A DNA stretch of 63,327 bases, filler included, from Diploschistes diacapsis (taxonomy: Eukaryota), in the NCBI GenBank assembly GCA_023645945.1. It is 10 parts of 10 records of this genome, joined end to end, with 100 filler letters (N's around TTAATTAATTAA, not from the genome) between each part and the next. Parts side by side here need not be neighbours in the genome. Positions count along the whole stretch, not along the records: positions 41,618 to 42,663 come from JALAIB010004167.1; positions 42,764 to 43,809 come from JALAIB010004168.1; positions 43,910 to 44,955 come from JALAIB010004169.1; positions 45,056 to 63,327 come from JALAIB010000417.1; 6 more parts are not named here. One strand, 5' to 3'. How positions within the stretch are numbered: the first letter of the stretch is position 1; each line of letters begins with the position of its first letter. The position numbers and the translations under genes were made by a program. Under the pieces are notes generated by a model that made no database searches, was not told where the DNA came from, and saw nothing but the letters and a program-made list of their open reading frames with translations. This document shows, piece after piece, positions 41,967 to 54,681 of this stretch.

Positions 41967-42884
41967 CGAATCTCGTTCTTATTATTCGATATAATTTAAA
42001 TCTTTTTTATTAACGTATATGCATAGCGAGCGGACACTCTTAGCGAGCGGACACCCTCCACCCAATTTTACGAACTTTCAAGTTTTCTATCAATTTTCTA
42101 CACGTACGATCATGGAATCATCTTTAATTAAAAATAAAATCATAATAACACTTTAGATTATTAAATAAAGCCTAAATCTTAAAATAAAACGCGTATTTCA
42201 GATATACAAGATTCTTCGTACGACGATTATTGTTTAATGCGATGATCGTACTTTAAGACACGATATCTTAACCAACTTAATAAATTTAAATCTATTAAAA
42301 GAAGAAATGATTCTTAAACGTACGATTGATTTAATCGAATATAATTTTCCGCTAATTACTAAAGAAGAGGAGAGTGTAAGAAGGGCAAAATCCCCCTTCA
42401 AGTACCCGCAAGCCAAGACCCTGAATACCGCTTGTCCGACTCTTAACATACTTCTTACTTAATTTTACATTTATTTCTCCTTTTCTTGCTCTAGTCCCCC
42501 AGAGCTACCTTCATAATCCTTTCTTTACCTATTAAAATAAACTAAATAATTAACTCGATCTATATCGTTACCATCTCGATCCCTTATATAGATCGAGCTT
42601 ATTCTCGCCTTTATATATATATTTTAAGATTCGTTAATAGTTAATTATAATATAAATAAATTCNNNNNNNNNNNNNNNNNNNNNNNNNNNNNNNNNNNNN
42701 NNNNNNNTTAATTAATTAANNNNNNNNNNNNNNNNNNNNNNNNNNNNNNNNNNNNNNNNNNNNCGGACACTACGACTAAAAATTTTAAAACACGGACACG
42801 GCCGTGTCAGTGTCCGTGACGGCCAGCCTACTTTATTTATTAATTTAATTAAGAAACCATTTTAATAGTATAACTTTTTTTTAT

Positions 42885-43197
42885 ATGTTATTAAAGATCG
42901 GGAAGCACCGCGTGATTATCAATAGAAAATGGTTTTATTTATATAACGCGGTAATAGATTATGTTACTTCCGAGATGACCTTCAACCCAAATTATTACAA
43001 TCATCTGGGATTGCCACCCGTCAAGGGACAAAAGGAAGTCGAAGAAGCTTTAATTATTTCACGACTAAATCCCGAAACGATCAGGAACGGTAGGCCGTTA
43101 ATTATCAAAATCTTACCGCGTAGAATAATAGATAATAATAATAAAGTTAATATAAAGGATTTAACTTATTCGCCTACCTTCCGTGAAACCGATAAAC
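42885..43197 (+). pseudogene. Ty3/gypsy pol (protease C-terminal region) relic
   Basis: LLKIGKHRVIINRKWF...VIDY...MTFNP resembles gypsy protease D-x-I-L-G-x-x-W-L after RIP. Interrupted by LTR A at 43198. Confidence 0.5.
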
Positions 43198-43610
43198 TGT
43201 TACGATCTAAATGACTAGGTGGTAGCCACTTGGCACTTCATAGTTGATCGGGCCTAACCTAATCATTCCTTATATATAGTCCAATTATGGTGATACTGGT
43301 CACGTGATGAATAAAAAGCTTTGGAGGTTATTCTATTTTCTATAAGTAGAACGGGAGAACAATAATTTTATTTATTTATTAATCTCCTTCATTAAGGAAG
43401 CAGTTGGCTATATAAGAACGTCGCTATGGCTCCTATAAATCGGGACGTATTCATTTTTATAAATATTCTTAGCGATTATTTAGGATCAATCTATATTCGT
43501 TACCTCTATCAACTAATAGCAATCTTTTTAGAAATCAGAACAGACCTGTTACCGATCTACTTCTTCTCCTACTTGCACTCCTCTTCTAAAAGAGACCAAA
43601 CCCACCTGTA
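43198..43610 (+). mobile_element. LTR family A copy (least degraded)
   Basis: TGTTACGATCT start, tatatag, cacgtgatg; right end approximate. Confidence 0.6.
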
Positions 43611-45055
43611 ATACGCAGAACCCAATAAGGGCTACCAGGGGGTATGCCAAGCATATACCAAGGCCCGCTAGCGTGTTCTTATATAAGAACAGAGTTTTCG
43701 CAAATAGAGATAATTTTTTAGAAGTTATTTTATTAATACATCTATCGTTTAGTAGAGATTTAGCTATCGAATAACCACTTATTTATCTTATTATTATATT
43801 ATAATATTANNNNNNNNNNNNNNNNNNNNNNNNNNNNNNNNNNNNNNNNNNNNTTAATTAATTAANNNNNNNNNNNNNNNNNNNNNNNNNNNNNNNNNNN
43901 NNNNNNNNNGGCGAGTCATTAATATTTTAATATATTATTATTATTAATTTATTATTAACGTAAATTTAATATAAAGATTTTATTTTCTTTATCTTTCTTT
44001 TTTTTTCTTTATTTTTATTCTCGTTAGTTACTTATCTATTCTCGTAGAAACTTTATTACCATATCTAAAAACGAAGAGGTCCCTATTATTCTTAAAGATA
44101 AAAATATTCGCCCTAAAAAAATAAAGATAACGACGTATCATCGGGTCGCTATTAATAAACCAACGCATCGCCACCCCGAAACATAAGTTAAAAGAATTCG
44201 CCTATATCCGATATACGAAGCAGATCTTAACCCGTCTATATTTCTATAACGATATCTTAACGACTCGTTTAACTTACGACGTTTATTATAAAAAATATTA
44301 TATTTATAAACCGATAAGCCGACGAGCTATAAATAAGATATTTATTAATTATTAAGATCCCGAATAAATATATTTCTTAAATTATAAAATTATAAGCCAT
44401 TCGTAACATCATTTTAAACGATAAAAGAACCGAATAGGATATAAATAACAATAATAAAACGATATAGGCCGACTTTAAAGAAAATATCGACGGGTATGAA
44501 AGGGCGGCTCGAAAAGTAAAAAAAATTATTCCATCTTTTGGGCAACGCATGTATTGAAGTCTAGATATCTAGAGATCTAATTAGAAGGAATAATCTGCAT
44601 ACAAGCTCTTATACCAATAGGATCCACTAAACCCTATAGACTTGCACTATTCCCGATTAGGACTAGTAGGAAACCCAGTAGGTTCAGCCGAACTGAACCT
44701 GAACCTGAAATTCAGCTGAACTTCCCAACCATGTATTCTACCTGCCTGCTCAATACTCCTCCACGGGCGGAATCATCGGTATGTTCACCTAATCCAGCTG
44801 GATGTCTTCTATATTGGTCCAAGTTCTTTAACGAATATATCGTATTTGGCGTAATTTAGTGGTTTCGTTAATCCGTCGGCAATTATCTTGTCTATAAGTA
44901 TGTAAGTAATATTAATACGATCTCGTTTAACTAAATCCCGTATATAATAATAAATNNNNNNNNNNNNNNNNNNNNNNNNNNNNNNNNNNNNNNNNNNNNT
45001 TAATTAATTAANNNNNNNNNNNNNNNNNNNNNNNNNNNNNNNNNNNNNNNNNNNN

Positions 45056-45148
<93 letters not shown>

Positions 45149-45200
45149 CATTATTATCATTATTATCATTATTATCATAATCATCATCACCACCATCATC
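45056..45200. repeat. (TAT)n microsatellite grading into (CAT)n at contig start
   Basis: Directly visible. Confidence 0.95.
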
Positions 45201-46256
45201 TACTTCTGAAGGTGAATCCAAGTCAAGTCTACTTTAAAGGCCGTCAATTGAATTGAACTTTGGCATACATTCTAGCAATAGAAATAGCCAAAGTGCGATC
45301 CGTGGAGAGTGATGCCTACCTAGTAATGTACTTAGCGCAACCCCAGCCCTAATGGTTTTACTACCAATATGGGACTCACAACCCATCTATACCATGACTT
45401 CAACAGCACGAGGATGCTATACTTATACCTATACCTATACCTACGTCCATGCCTTATTCAGTGGTAATCTAATCCACCTACGCTTCGAAAATTATAAGTG
45501 ATATGCGGAAATTAGAGGGCATCTTATGATGTGGGGGGCACGGCAGTGAGTTGCGTGTCGTCGATACTTTCAATTTCCCCCAACTCGTTATCCTCGATGC
45601 GATGCGGGACGTTCAACTGAACCCTCATGGCCCCCTCTCAGTCTATTTCTGCACACTTTTTTTTTTTTCAATCCACTGTTCCGTGGGTAGAGAGAAGCAT
45701 ACGCTCAGTCAAGATGGTCCCCGCATGCTCCGTTAGCTACATGGTTAAGGAGCTTCATATTCTTTGTCAAGGGAATCGTCAGGCGAATAGCAGCTCCAAG
45801 GCCCGTATAGCTTGCTGTTAATGATGCTGGGGTTCGTTCCTACAGTTGTCGGTTTCAACACCACCGCCAGCTGCGAGACGGTAAGGGTTCCTTCATGTCT
45901 CTTTACTCTGTTCGCATGCTAGTATCTTCATTCGTCATCGTCGTGACGACACATCGTATAAGAGCTGGACTTCTGCCACAATGCCGCTCGCAGATACTCG
46001 CAAAGTCATGGTTTTCACGAGTGGCACTAGGAAGACTCGAAGTCCAGCGTCGAAAGAGGAAACTTTGGAACTAGTAGAATGGGGCAAATGAGCTCCCCTT
46101 TATAGTATTATCATGTTGATACACGGAGGTTGTATCGATCTTATTTCACTTGGGCAGAAACTAAGAGGACAGGGCTTGGTCATTACAACGCCCCAGATTG
46201 TCTTTCGGCACCCAGAATCTGATATTTCAAAATAGTCTCGCTGTTTTCGTGCATCA

Positions 46257-47962
46257 TTAATGCTCAATCTCGCTGTCCAGCTTCTTGATGCCCATCTGTC
46301 GTGTGTCCCATCCGTGCGCCTCGAGATATTCCCTGAACCTCAGGTCCTCGGCTGTGATGGTATCCTGATTAATTGTCGGCAAGAAGAAAAACGCCAGGAA
46401 GGCGCTAAAGATACAGAGCGCAGAGCTGGTGTAAACAGGTGCCTGGCCGCCGAAAGTAGTGCCTTCACCACCAGCACTCGCTTGGATAAGTGGAAACACA
46501 TAGGTGCCAACGAAAGCACCAATCTTACCCACTGCAGCAGCAAAGCCGTAGTATTGCCCGCGGATCGCGGTCGAACAGGTTTTGGATGCAATAAGACCAA
46601 TGTTGTCACCTGGCCCAACCTCTCCAAGAGCCAGGAAAACACCGAAGATCACGATGAAGCCGCCCACGTTCTTGGGTGTGTCGAGGATCGGATAGAGTCC
46701 TGCCATGAGGAAGCCAACGATACCTTGCGCGAAGACGAAGTATGCCAGACATGCCTTCGGTCCAATCCAATCGGAGATGAAGGCTCCGGCAAGGGAGCCT
46801 GGGAGGTAGAAAAGGTTGACCACGACGCTGAAGCCGAAGGACTTCCAGAGTGCAGTGTCGTTGCCCAAAATGGTTGCAATCCAGTCTGAGGAATAAAGTG
46901 TGAAGCTGTAGGAAGAGAAGTCATATATGAACCAGATGAGGCTCACTATAAAGAGGCGTGGGCCATAGAACTTTATCACGAGTAACCATGGAGTCCGCGT
47001 GTGTTTCATCGTTTCACGATTGAATTCTTCAGGCTCCTTGAGCTTGACACGTAGGTAGAGTAGAGAGAGGGGCGGGATGGCGCCAAGGCCGAGACCCACG
47101 CGCCATGCTGTATTCAGCTGGGAGGGCTCCTCTCCTGTGATTAGCACCAAGATCATAGCTACCAGGGCAGATACGACAAAGCCGAAGTCTATCTGGAAGT
47201 CGGTGAACATGATGAACCACCGATTTCGGTGTCCCTCTTTGAGCTCGCCAGTGCTCTCAGCACAAGCAACAGAGCCAGCAGGATATTCGCCACTAGAGAT
47301 GCGAAAGTCAGCGCCGTTATTTGAGGGCCCATTTTTAACATTGGAAAGGGAAGGCTCGGAAGTGTAGACAAGCAGGAACATACCCGATACCGACTCCAAC
47401 AAGGAAGCGATAGGCTGTTAGAGCCGCCAGCATGCCGTAAACATCTTCTGCGCCTCCCGCGCCCCAAGAGGCCGCCCCGAGAATGGCAAATAAGATGAGG
47501 ATGATTGTCGATACAAGGAGCGAGTTTTTGCGTGACCAATGATCGCTTGTATATCCAAATGCCAATTGTCCGAGAACAGTGCCGGCAAAAGCAATTGCAG
47601 AAACGTTGGACACGGCTGACGAGCTACCGTACTGCTTGGGATAGATCCGCTTCAACATCGTGTTTACGGGGCCGATAATTCTGCGCAACCCTGGTGAGTT
47701 ATATGCGACTTGAAGGGAAAGAATTATTCACTGTCCCTTACCCTTGGATGTAACCGTCTAGGAAAGCGTTAGCACCAGTAGAGAGGCGATAAGGAGGAAA
47801 TCACGTACCTGAGAACAGCCCCGCTCCAGCAGCAATGGTAGGCCATGACCGCTCCCAGCGACTCTTCTGCAGGTTTTCGAGAGGGACATGGGTATAGATC
47901 ACTTGGGTATTGCCTTCGCCATTATAGGCTTTCTCATCCACGGGCGATTCGCTCCCAGCCAT
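46257..47962 (-). CDS. GIT1: Glycerophosphoinositol/glycerophosphocholine MFS permease
   Basis: WPTIAAGAGLFS|DGYIQG|IIGPVNTML (16-nt micro-exon 47757-47742), YRFLVGVGIG, GEYPAGSVACAES, GEVGPGDNIGL, TAIRGQYYG...GKIGAFVG. Confidence 0.88.
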
Positions 47963-50018
47963 TATTCGGAAGCAAAACGTCTGGTGAGGGTTGCGCTGCT
48001 GGGAAGGGGACTGAAAGGCGGGAAGCGCGATCAATAGTTAAGCAGTGAGCGCAATAGCAAGCGAACTCCGGGAAGAAGCTGGAAAGTCGAGGCCAAAGAA
48101 TGTGAAGCTGGCGCGATGCTCCAGATGGTATACAAAAGAGAGCCCACGAAGAAAAGAACAAATCTGGAGCTTCGGAGGCGGCCTACTACTATATGGAACG
48201 ATGGAAGCCGGGGCAGTTTGGCGCAAGTTGTCGCCCCGTTATACTTGATTTATCAAATTTATTGTTTGTGCAAAAAGCGGTTAAGTGCGGAGTGCCAAGC
48301 CAAAAGCCATGAACGATGAATGTAGCATACATAGTAGGTAGGCCGAGCACATGCGCCAATCTCGACATCTCGTTGGTTCTTCTGGCACTGGCTACCCGAA
48401 TCTTTATGAGACCAAATCGCTATCATTTAGCTTATATTTTATATTCTACGAGGTTGCCACGTACAAGGAGGGGCCTTTGCAGCAGACGTTGCAGTCCATA
48501 TCACTTCAACAAGTTAGCTTGCTGTCATACCTCTATAAATGCGGTAGATTTTAGTTCTATTCGAGCGACTAATGTTGCATGCAAAAACAACCTTACAAAA
48601 GGTCTCTAGTATCTCCGTCAACCCTCTAGGAGCGCTGCAATATCTCTGTCAAATTCTCTTTTCTGTGTTTCTGGCGACTGTCTCCTGGGACCCGAGCTGT
48701 TGCCGCTCCCCTTAGGTCCAGCTGCTATCAATCCTTGATCTAAGCCCCAGCTAGCTTTGCTTAAGTTACGAGGCTCCCTCTTTTGTCGATGGACATCTTT
48801 CCATTCTTCACCAACTTTCACTGCTTTAATTCCTTGCCATGGCTCTTCTGAACCCGCGCGTTCAAACCAAGGCGCTTCTCCCTGGTCTTGGCAGCCGCGA
48901 CGGGAAACTTTGCCGCCTCCCACTCCTTCGCTAGTCACTGGCAGGGAGTTGCAGTCGAAGGAAGAACAAGTTTTAGCACTGCCCGCGGACGATGAGGATA
49001 CGAGCGACGGTGCCTGTTTACTTGGTCTCAGTATCGGTCATCAAAAGAAAGGGAGCCAAAGCTGGCACTGTACGTTGTGTTGAGACTGCTGCCTTTCTGG
49101 TAGATGCTCGGTAGTCGTTGATGCGTGCCTCTGAGACTTCTCCTGCCGCCTAAGACCTGCCTGCGCCTGATGAGACTGGCTTGAAAGTACTCAAGGGACG
49201 GCCTACCTGGGCTGTCTTTGAATGGTCTGGGGCCTGGCTCTGATGCGCTTGGAGAGCTACTGAAACCGGCGAGGTGGACCTGCTTGGGAAGGGAAGTAGG
49301 GGAGCCATCGTGGATTGCTCTTGTGCCTTGGTGAAGAACAGAGAAGATGTGAGGCTTTTATACAACATTTAGGGGCTCTGGTGACTTTTGTATAGGAACC
49401 GCGGGCCTCAAGTCCGAGTTCTGAATTATGCATATTATGAACCCAAGCAGAGTTTTGGCTGAAGGTCCAATGTGTTAGCACCACGAGGTCGGGTTGCAGT
49501 TATTCACGGTCATCAGTCAAACTTCCAATCAGTGCGCGAGTGTCCCCTTTGCCTACTTCTGCCTTTGTGCGTTTCAACTGCCGGAAATTCAAGAAAATAC
49601 ATAGCTTGTTGTTGGCGTGTGGGCCATACTTCTAGGCCGGCCACTAGGAAGGCCGGTTGTTCATCTTCGAAGCTCGCATAACTCTCATCTACTGCACCCA
49701 CCAAGTCCAACTCCGCTTTCCCAAGGGCTCCATATCAGGGATAAGTGCGTCCAGCTAGTGTGCTCTCTAAAAGGGCACAAAAGTGTGGCTAGTGCATTTT
49801 GACTTTCATGTGATTGCCTACAGTAGTTCCTCAGTCGCATCGCTAACTAGGAGTGTAAAGAGTACTACTATGATTGGGAAAGTCTGTCCGTCACAGGATG
49901 GGACATACTTCCAGTTCCACTAACCTTCCAGATCAACGGGTCCGAACTGGAGACTTACCCTCTGCATCATTCTCAAACGCTCGATTTCCCTAGTGACGCA
50001 GGAAGAAAAGAGGAGAGG

Positions 50019-50082
50019 TACCGTGCATTAGATAACCTTGCAAAAAGAGATACCGTGCCTTAGATAACCTTGAAAAAAGAGA
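50019..50082. repeat. 32-bp tandem duplication (2 copies, 2 mismatches)
   Basis: taccgtgcattagataaccttgcaaaaagaga / taccgtgccttagataaccttgaaaaaagaga. Confidence 0.85.
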
Positions 50083-50425
50083 GCCAATAACACCAATCAG
50101 CCACAACTCCATAGGCAAACTGGTTGCCTTGCACTTTGCACTTTGCCGTTTTAGCTAAGCGAGACTGACAGACAGCATGCTCGGAAGCCCAGATTGGAAG
50201 TGATAGGCGCAAGTGTGGCTAGTGAGGCCGATAGGTCATGTGGCTGGTGAAGTGGCAGCGTGAAATAGCCGTTGTTTTTACAACCTTTCGTCCCTGTACA
50301 GATAGATGCAAGAGGAGAATACAGCTGCCCCTCTTGAACACAATTGTTGAATATTACGTCAGATTCTGGATTCTTGATTTTCTACAGAAGATTGGAAGAC
50401 TATCGCCGAGGGATTCGCTGGCGCC

Positions 50426-51645
50426 ATGTCGACTGCTCCATGAAATCCCCCTTTCCGTGCTGAACACATTGGATCCTTGTTACGCCCAGAGGAGCTAGTC
50501 AAGCACCGCTATGCGGTAGCTAATGGATCAGCTACCCCTGAATCGCTCGCACCTGTCGAGCAACAAGCCATTCATGACATCGTGAAGCTGCAGCAGGAAT
50601 GCGGCATCCGCGGCATCACCAATGGCGAGTATCCGAGGCATTTCTTCTGGGGAACCTTCTTCGAGACCCTGAACAGTATGGACGAAGTCAATCTACAGCC
50701 TGGCGGCTACGACACGTCAATAATCCGCACATATGCACCTGACGTTGAGCCCTTCATGCACGAGAAGACAATACCTAATGCGGTAACGGTAGCTACGGGC
50801 AAGATACCGCACCCCGGAAAATCTAGCTTCCTTTCCGAGTTCGAGTTTATGAAGACTGTCGTACCACAGGATCAATGGGGCGGTATCAAGCTCACAATGA
50901 CCTCGCCGTCGTGGTACCATTTCCGCTACGGTCCCAGAAAAGCGTACACGAACAATGCGTATCGAATCGATGATGAATAGTTCGCGGATGTAGCAAGAGC
51001 CTACTAGAAAGAGCTCAACATTCTCTACGAAGCCGGCCTCCGCAACGTGCAGGTGGATGATCCCAATCTGGCCAACTTGTGTTCCGAGGCCATGCTCGCA
51101 GGCTGGAAGGAAGACAAGGAAAATTTCCAGACTGCCGAACAGCAATTCGATGCCTACGTGCGGTTCTACAACGCCTACTTCGAGCGGCCGGCTGACATGC
51201 GCCTAGGCATTCATCTCTGTAGAGGCAATTACATTGACTCGCGGCATTTCAGCGAGGGAGCCTACGACAAGATTGCACGGTCCAAGTTCACCAACTTGAA
51301 CGTCAACACCTTCTTTCTAGAGTACGACACGCCGCGGCCCGGTGGCTTCGAGCCACTAAAGTTCTTGCCAAAGGACAAGAATTGCGTGCTGGGCGTGGTC
51401 ACGTCAAAATTCCCGCAACTGGAAGACCAGAGGGAAATGGTCAAGGGGGTTTACAGGGCCGCGGACTTGCGTTGCTGAGGGTTCCAAGCAGGCTAGAGAG
51501 GAAGCGTTGCAACGGGTTGAGCGTTTCGCCACAGTGCGGCTTCGCGAACCACACGGAAGGTAACGCGCTAGACAAGGAAGATATGCGGAACAAGTTGAAG
51601 CTTGTGAGAAGAATTGCTGATGAAGTATGGCCGGGAGAGCCATAG
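50426..51645 (+). pseudogene. Single-barrel cobalamin-independent methionine synthase-like (MetE C-terminal/YxjH type) pseudogene
   Basis: PPFRAEHIGSLLRP, ITNGEY, VQVDDP, IHLCRGN, FLEYD, SPQCGF. Stops at 50441, 50978 and 51005; frameshifts near 51468 and 51515. Confidence 0.88.
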
Positions 51646-52750
51646 GTCTTGTGGATGCTGAAACCCCTGAGATCCGGGGTGGCGAAATGACAACCGTATA
51701 TACCCCCAAGGTACGAGAAGAAGTTTGAGGATTCTTCTGGATTGGAGCGCTACAATTGACCTTCCACCGCTAATCAAATGTGCTGTAGGCTTCAAATTGC
51801 ATTCTCAGGTGCTCAGTAGATCTGTTGCTGCCGGCATTCTTTGAGCGAAATAATGGCGATCTGGGACCCTCGAATCGGGGGCAAGGACAAGCAAGGTCGC
51901 AGAACTACTCCTACATGGAGCACAGCCACAAGTAGTCCCCCCACAGGCACAGCCACAGTGGCTTGGCATCCCGCACACAACTTGTCCTCCCAATCTCAGC
52001 ACACCCTCATGCCGTTTTACATGAAACCAGATTGAGGATGCGGCATATCTTACCGTACTTCACGCAGCCTCGGACGGTTTCCTATTGGAGAACTCTGTGT
52101 TCCCGCTACCTCACTATCCAGACTCCCACTACGGTGCATGAAGGCTGACAGCACATGTTATCTCGGAGAAGGCTAACAACGCTCCGCTGAAGCACTGATG
52201 AGAAACCTTAACCATATGGCTGGGACGCTACAATTGGACCTGGTACTTGGAACGCTCTAGGATGAAAGGCCGTCTGGACATGTGAGGGATCGCCAGTCTC
52301 AACAAGGAAGGCTGTCGATCTCTTCATACGCACTGCTCTGGAGAGCTCAAATGGACGGCGAACTGCTTCAATTGGCTTTTCCAATGGCGCTTTTAGTCCG
52401 GCTCCTATCCCTAAGCGTTCTCGGGCTATGCTTTCAAAGTCGTGCAACCCTGTTCTAAGCTTGCAGGCTGATCATGAGTTCTATCCAGTCAACAGCAGTC
52501 AGAACCAATTTCCCTCTTCAAAACAATGCAAACATATCATAAGTTTGTCCAGTCGATAGCACTCAAAAACAAGTTCGTCAATGCCTTGCAATATGCCTTC
52601 TTTGCCTGCCCATTGTCGGTTATGCCTCCGAGTAAGACTACCGGCTCTGCCAATCGGCCTATCAATACTGAGGCCTCGGCAGAAGATTCTCAAAGCCAGG
52701 ATAGAATGTCATGGCTCCATCACAGCTGCCACAGCACCACTGTTTCTTGA

Positions 52751-54681
52751 TCACGTCCTTTGCTCCGGGAACTGGCTCGGCTCCCTTTCCCTATCAGCAG
52801 TTAGCACAGCTTTCCTAATGCTCTGATAAGTCTGCATCTGGCACAAGAGAAAATGGCGCACGAGACTCGAAAGAGGGAGAAAAAGGAGCAACTTACTTCC
52901 TTGAAGCAATCCCAACACAACAAGCCCAATGTACAGCATAATCCAATGATGATCAGGTCCGTACGCCACCCAATTTCCTCTCCGCATCCTCCGCACCATC
53001 TTCCCCCTTCTTTCCTCCTCCAAAAACACATTTCAGAGAACTTGCACGAACCTAGATACCCCTCCACATTCTCCACTCTCTCCACGGCTCCCTTCCCAGC
53101 CTTCTCCGTGATGAGCGTGTACTTGTTGACGACGCTATTGGTAAGGATGTAGCACAATTCTCCTTTGCCCTTGATGGTCGTGACGCTCTCCTTGGGCGTG
53201 CTCAGTGCTTTCCGCTCGGCGAATGTCTTTGTGGCGCGCTGCTCGGCGGGAGAAAGATCCCAGCCAGGGATCATCTCGGAGCGAAGAGTACCTCGACTCG
53301 TCGTCCCCGGACGCTGCTGAGCGACAGGTCGGCCCAATCTACTGGCAGCTGTGGTTGCATCTACGGCATTGACAACGTCGTTGCTGCGAGCTGTGTCAGG
53401 GTTAGAGTTAGCATTACGGGAGCGGCGCGGCACAACGCTAGGCAGTGAAGGCGGCACGGGTCTATCGAGCACGTGAGCTGGAACATGAGACATGACGTAC
53501 CCGACTATGTTTGGATTGTGGAGGTTGGTTATGTGTTGGCGGCGGTCATGGTATGGAGTATTGAGGGTAAACGGCACAGGCGCGTCTAGGTAGGTGGGAA
53601 GGTATTGAGGTTGAAGTGTGGGAAGCGTGGTTGCCGGGTTAAGGGGGTGCGTGTTGAGAAGGGGTGCAATAAAGGTTGGGGGTGAGAAAGGCCGCTGAGC
53701 GGCATGTGTTGCACCAGACTGTTGGGGTGGAGGGAGAAGACCGATAGCACGAGTATCGGCGGAATCTGCCACATCCACTGCGTTGGTGTTACCGGTCATG
53801 CTGATGGCGTCAGATGTGCTGGCCGCAACTTTCGAAGCCGAGCCACTAAGTGAGATATTCAGGATAGGCTGAGCATCGTTGGGTATATGGTCTGCAGTAG
53901 TGACCGAAATGGTTGGAATTGGTGTGCTTGTTGTGTTGACAGCTTGACGGTCCGCCGTTGTACCAGAAACCGCGGGAGCTGGGTGGGTGCGTCGTCCCTC
54001 GAAACTGTCGGTGCTTGCTCGGTTTGCCATTTTTGTGGTGGCAGTTGCATTGACGGATTCAGAGGAGTTGGCCGCCACGCTCGGGCTTCTGACGGTTGAT
54101 GGAATGTTCTGTGCACTACCGTTGACAGCCCGAAAGGTGTTTATTGTGTGCGGAGATGCGGTAGTCGATGAAATGCTGTGGACAGTGTTGACGACATTGG
54201 CGAATCGAAAGGAATTGGTCGCCGTGCTCAGACTTCTGACGGCCGACGGACTGTTCTGCGCGCCACCGTTGACGGCTCGAAAGGATTTGGTTACTGTGTC
54301 CGGACTTGCGGTAGTTGATGGATTATCCTAGACAATGTCAACGACGGCGTGAGTCGAGTAAGTTGCTGTGGGTTCAAATACCTCTCTCGGTACATTTTTC
54401 GGGTTCATCTCACTTGTATCAACATCGCTTGGATTTGCCGACGTTCCCCGGTTAGCTGACATATCAGAACCCACAGTATTGCTTCGACAACCGGCTGCTG
54501 TGAAGGCTTTGCCGTTATCGGCGACAGTTGTACGTTGTGAGTCCACTGATGCACCCCTACCGCTGCTGACGTTGTCTTCTATGTCATCGCTCTCAGAGGT
54601 ACGCTCGGAGCCCCGGTGTATGTTGCGAGGAAGAGGGCACCGAAGCCCAAGGAGCGCCTCCGCGGCTGCCTCTTCGGCCAT
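52751..54681 (-). pseudogene. Orphan Ser/Thr/Ala/Pro-rich protein gene with C-terminal Cys4 finger; one in-frame TAG
   Basis: The two listed ORFs share a frame and are separated only by TAG 54330-54328. Internal ~50-aa duplication; CGGC-x22-CWDC; probable terminal intron starting at 52896. Confidence 0.5.

Larger units (their letters stand above)
37033..44955. mobile_element. Seven ~1046-bp contigs of AT-rich, RIP-degraded transposon debris
   Basis: TpA-rich and CpA/TpG-poor by eye, no intact ORFs, recurring LTR and MITE segments. Confidence 0.85.

Noticed and set aside
36933..45055. Regular 1146-bp periodicity resembling an array or CRISPR
   Set aside because: The repeated unit is the artificial N-TTAATTAATTAA-N linker; the spacing reflects contig sizes.
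48618..49710. Chain of short minus-strand ORFs
   Set aside because: Possibly a decayed gene, but no family can be recognised.
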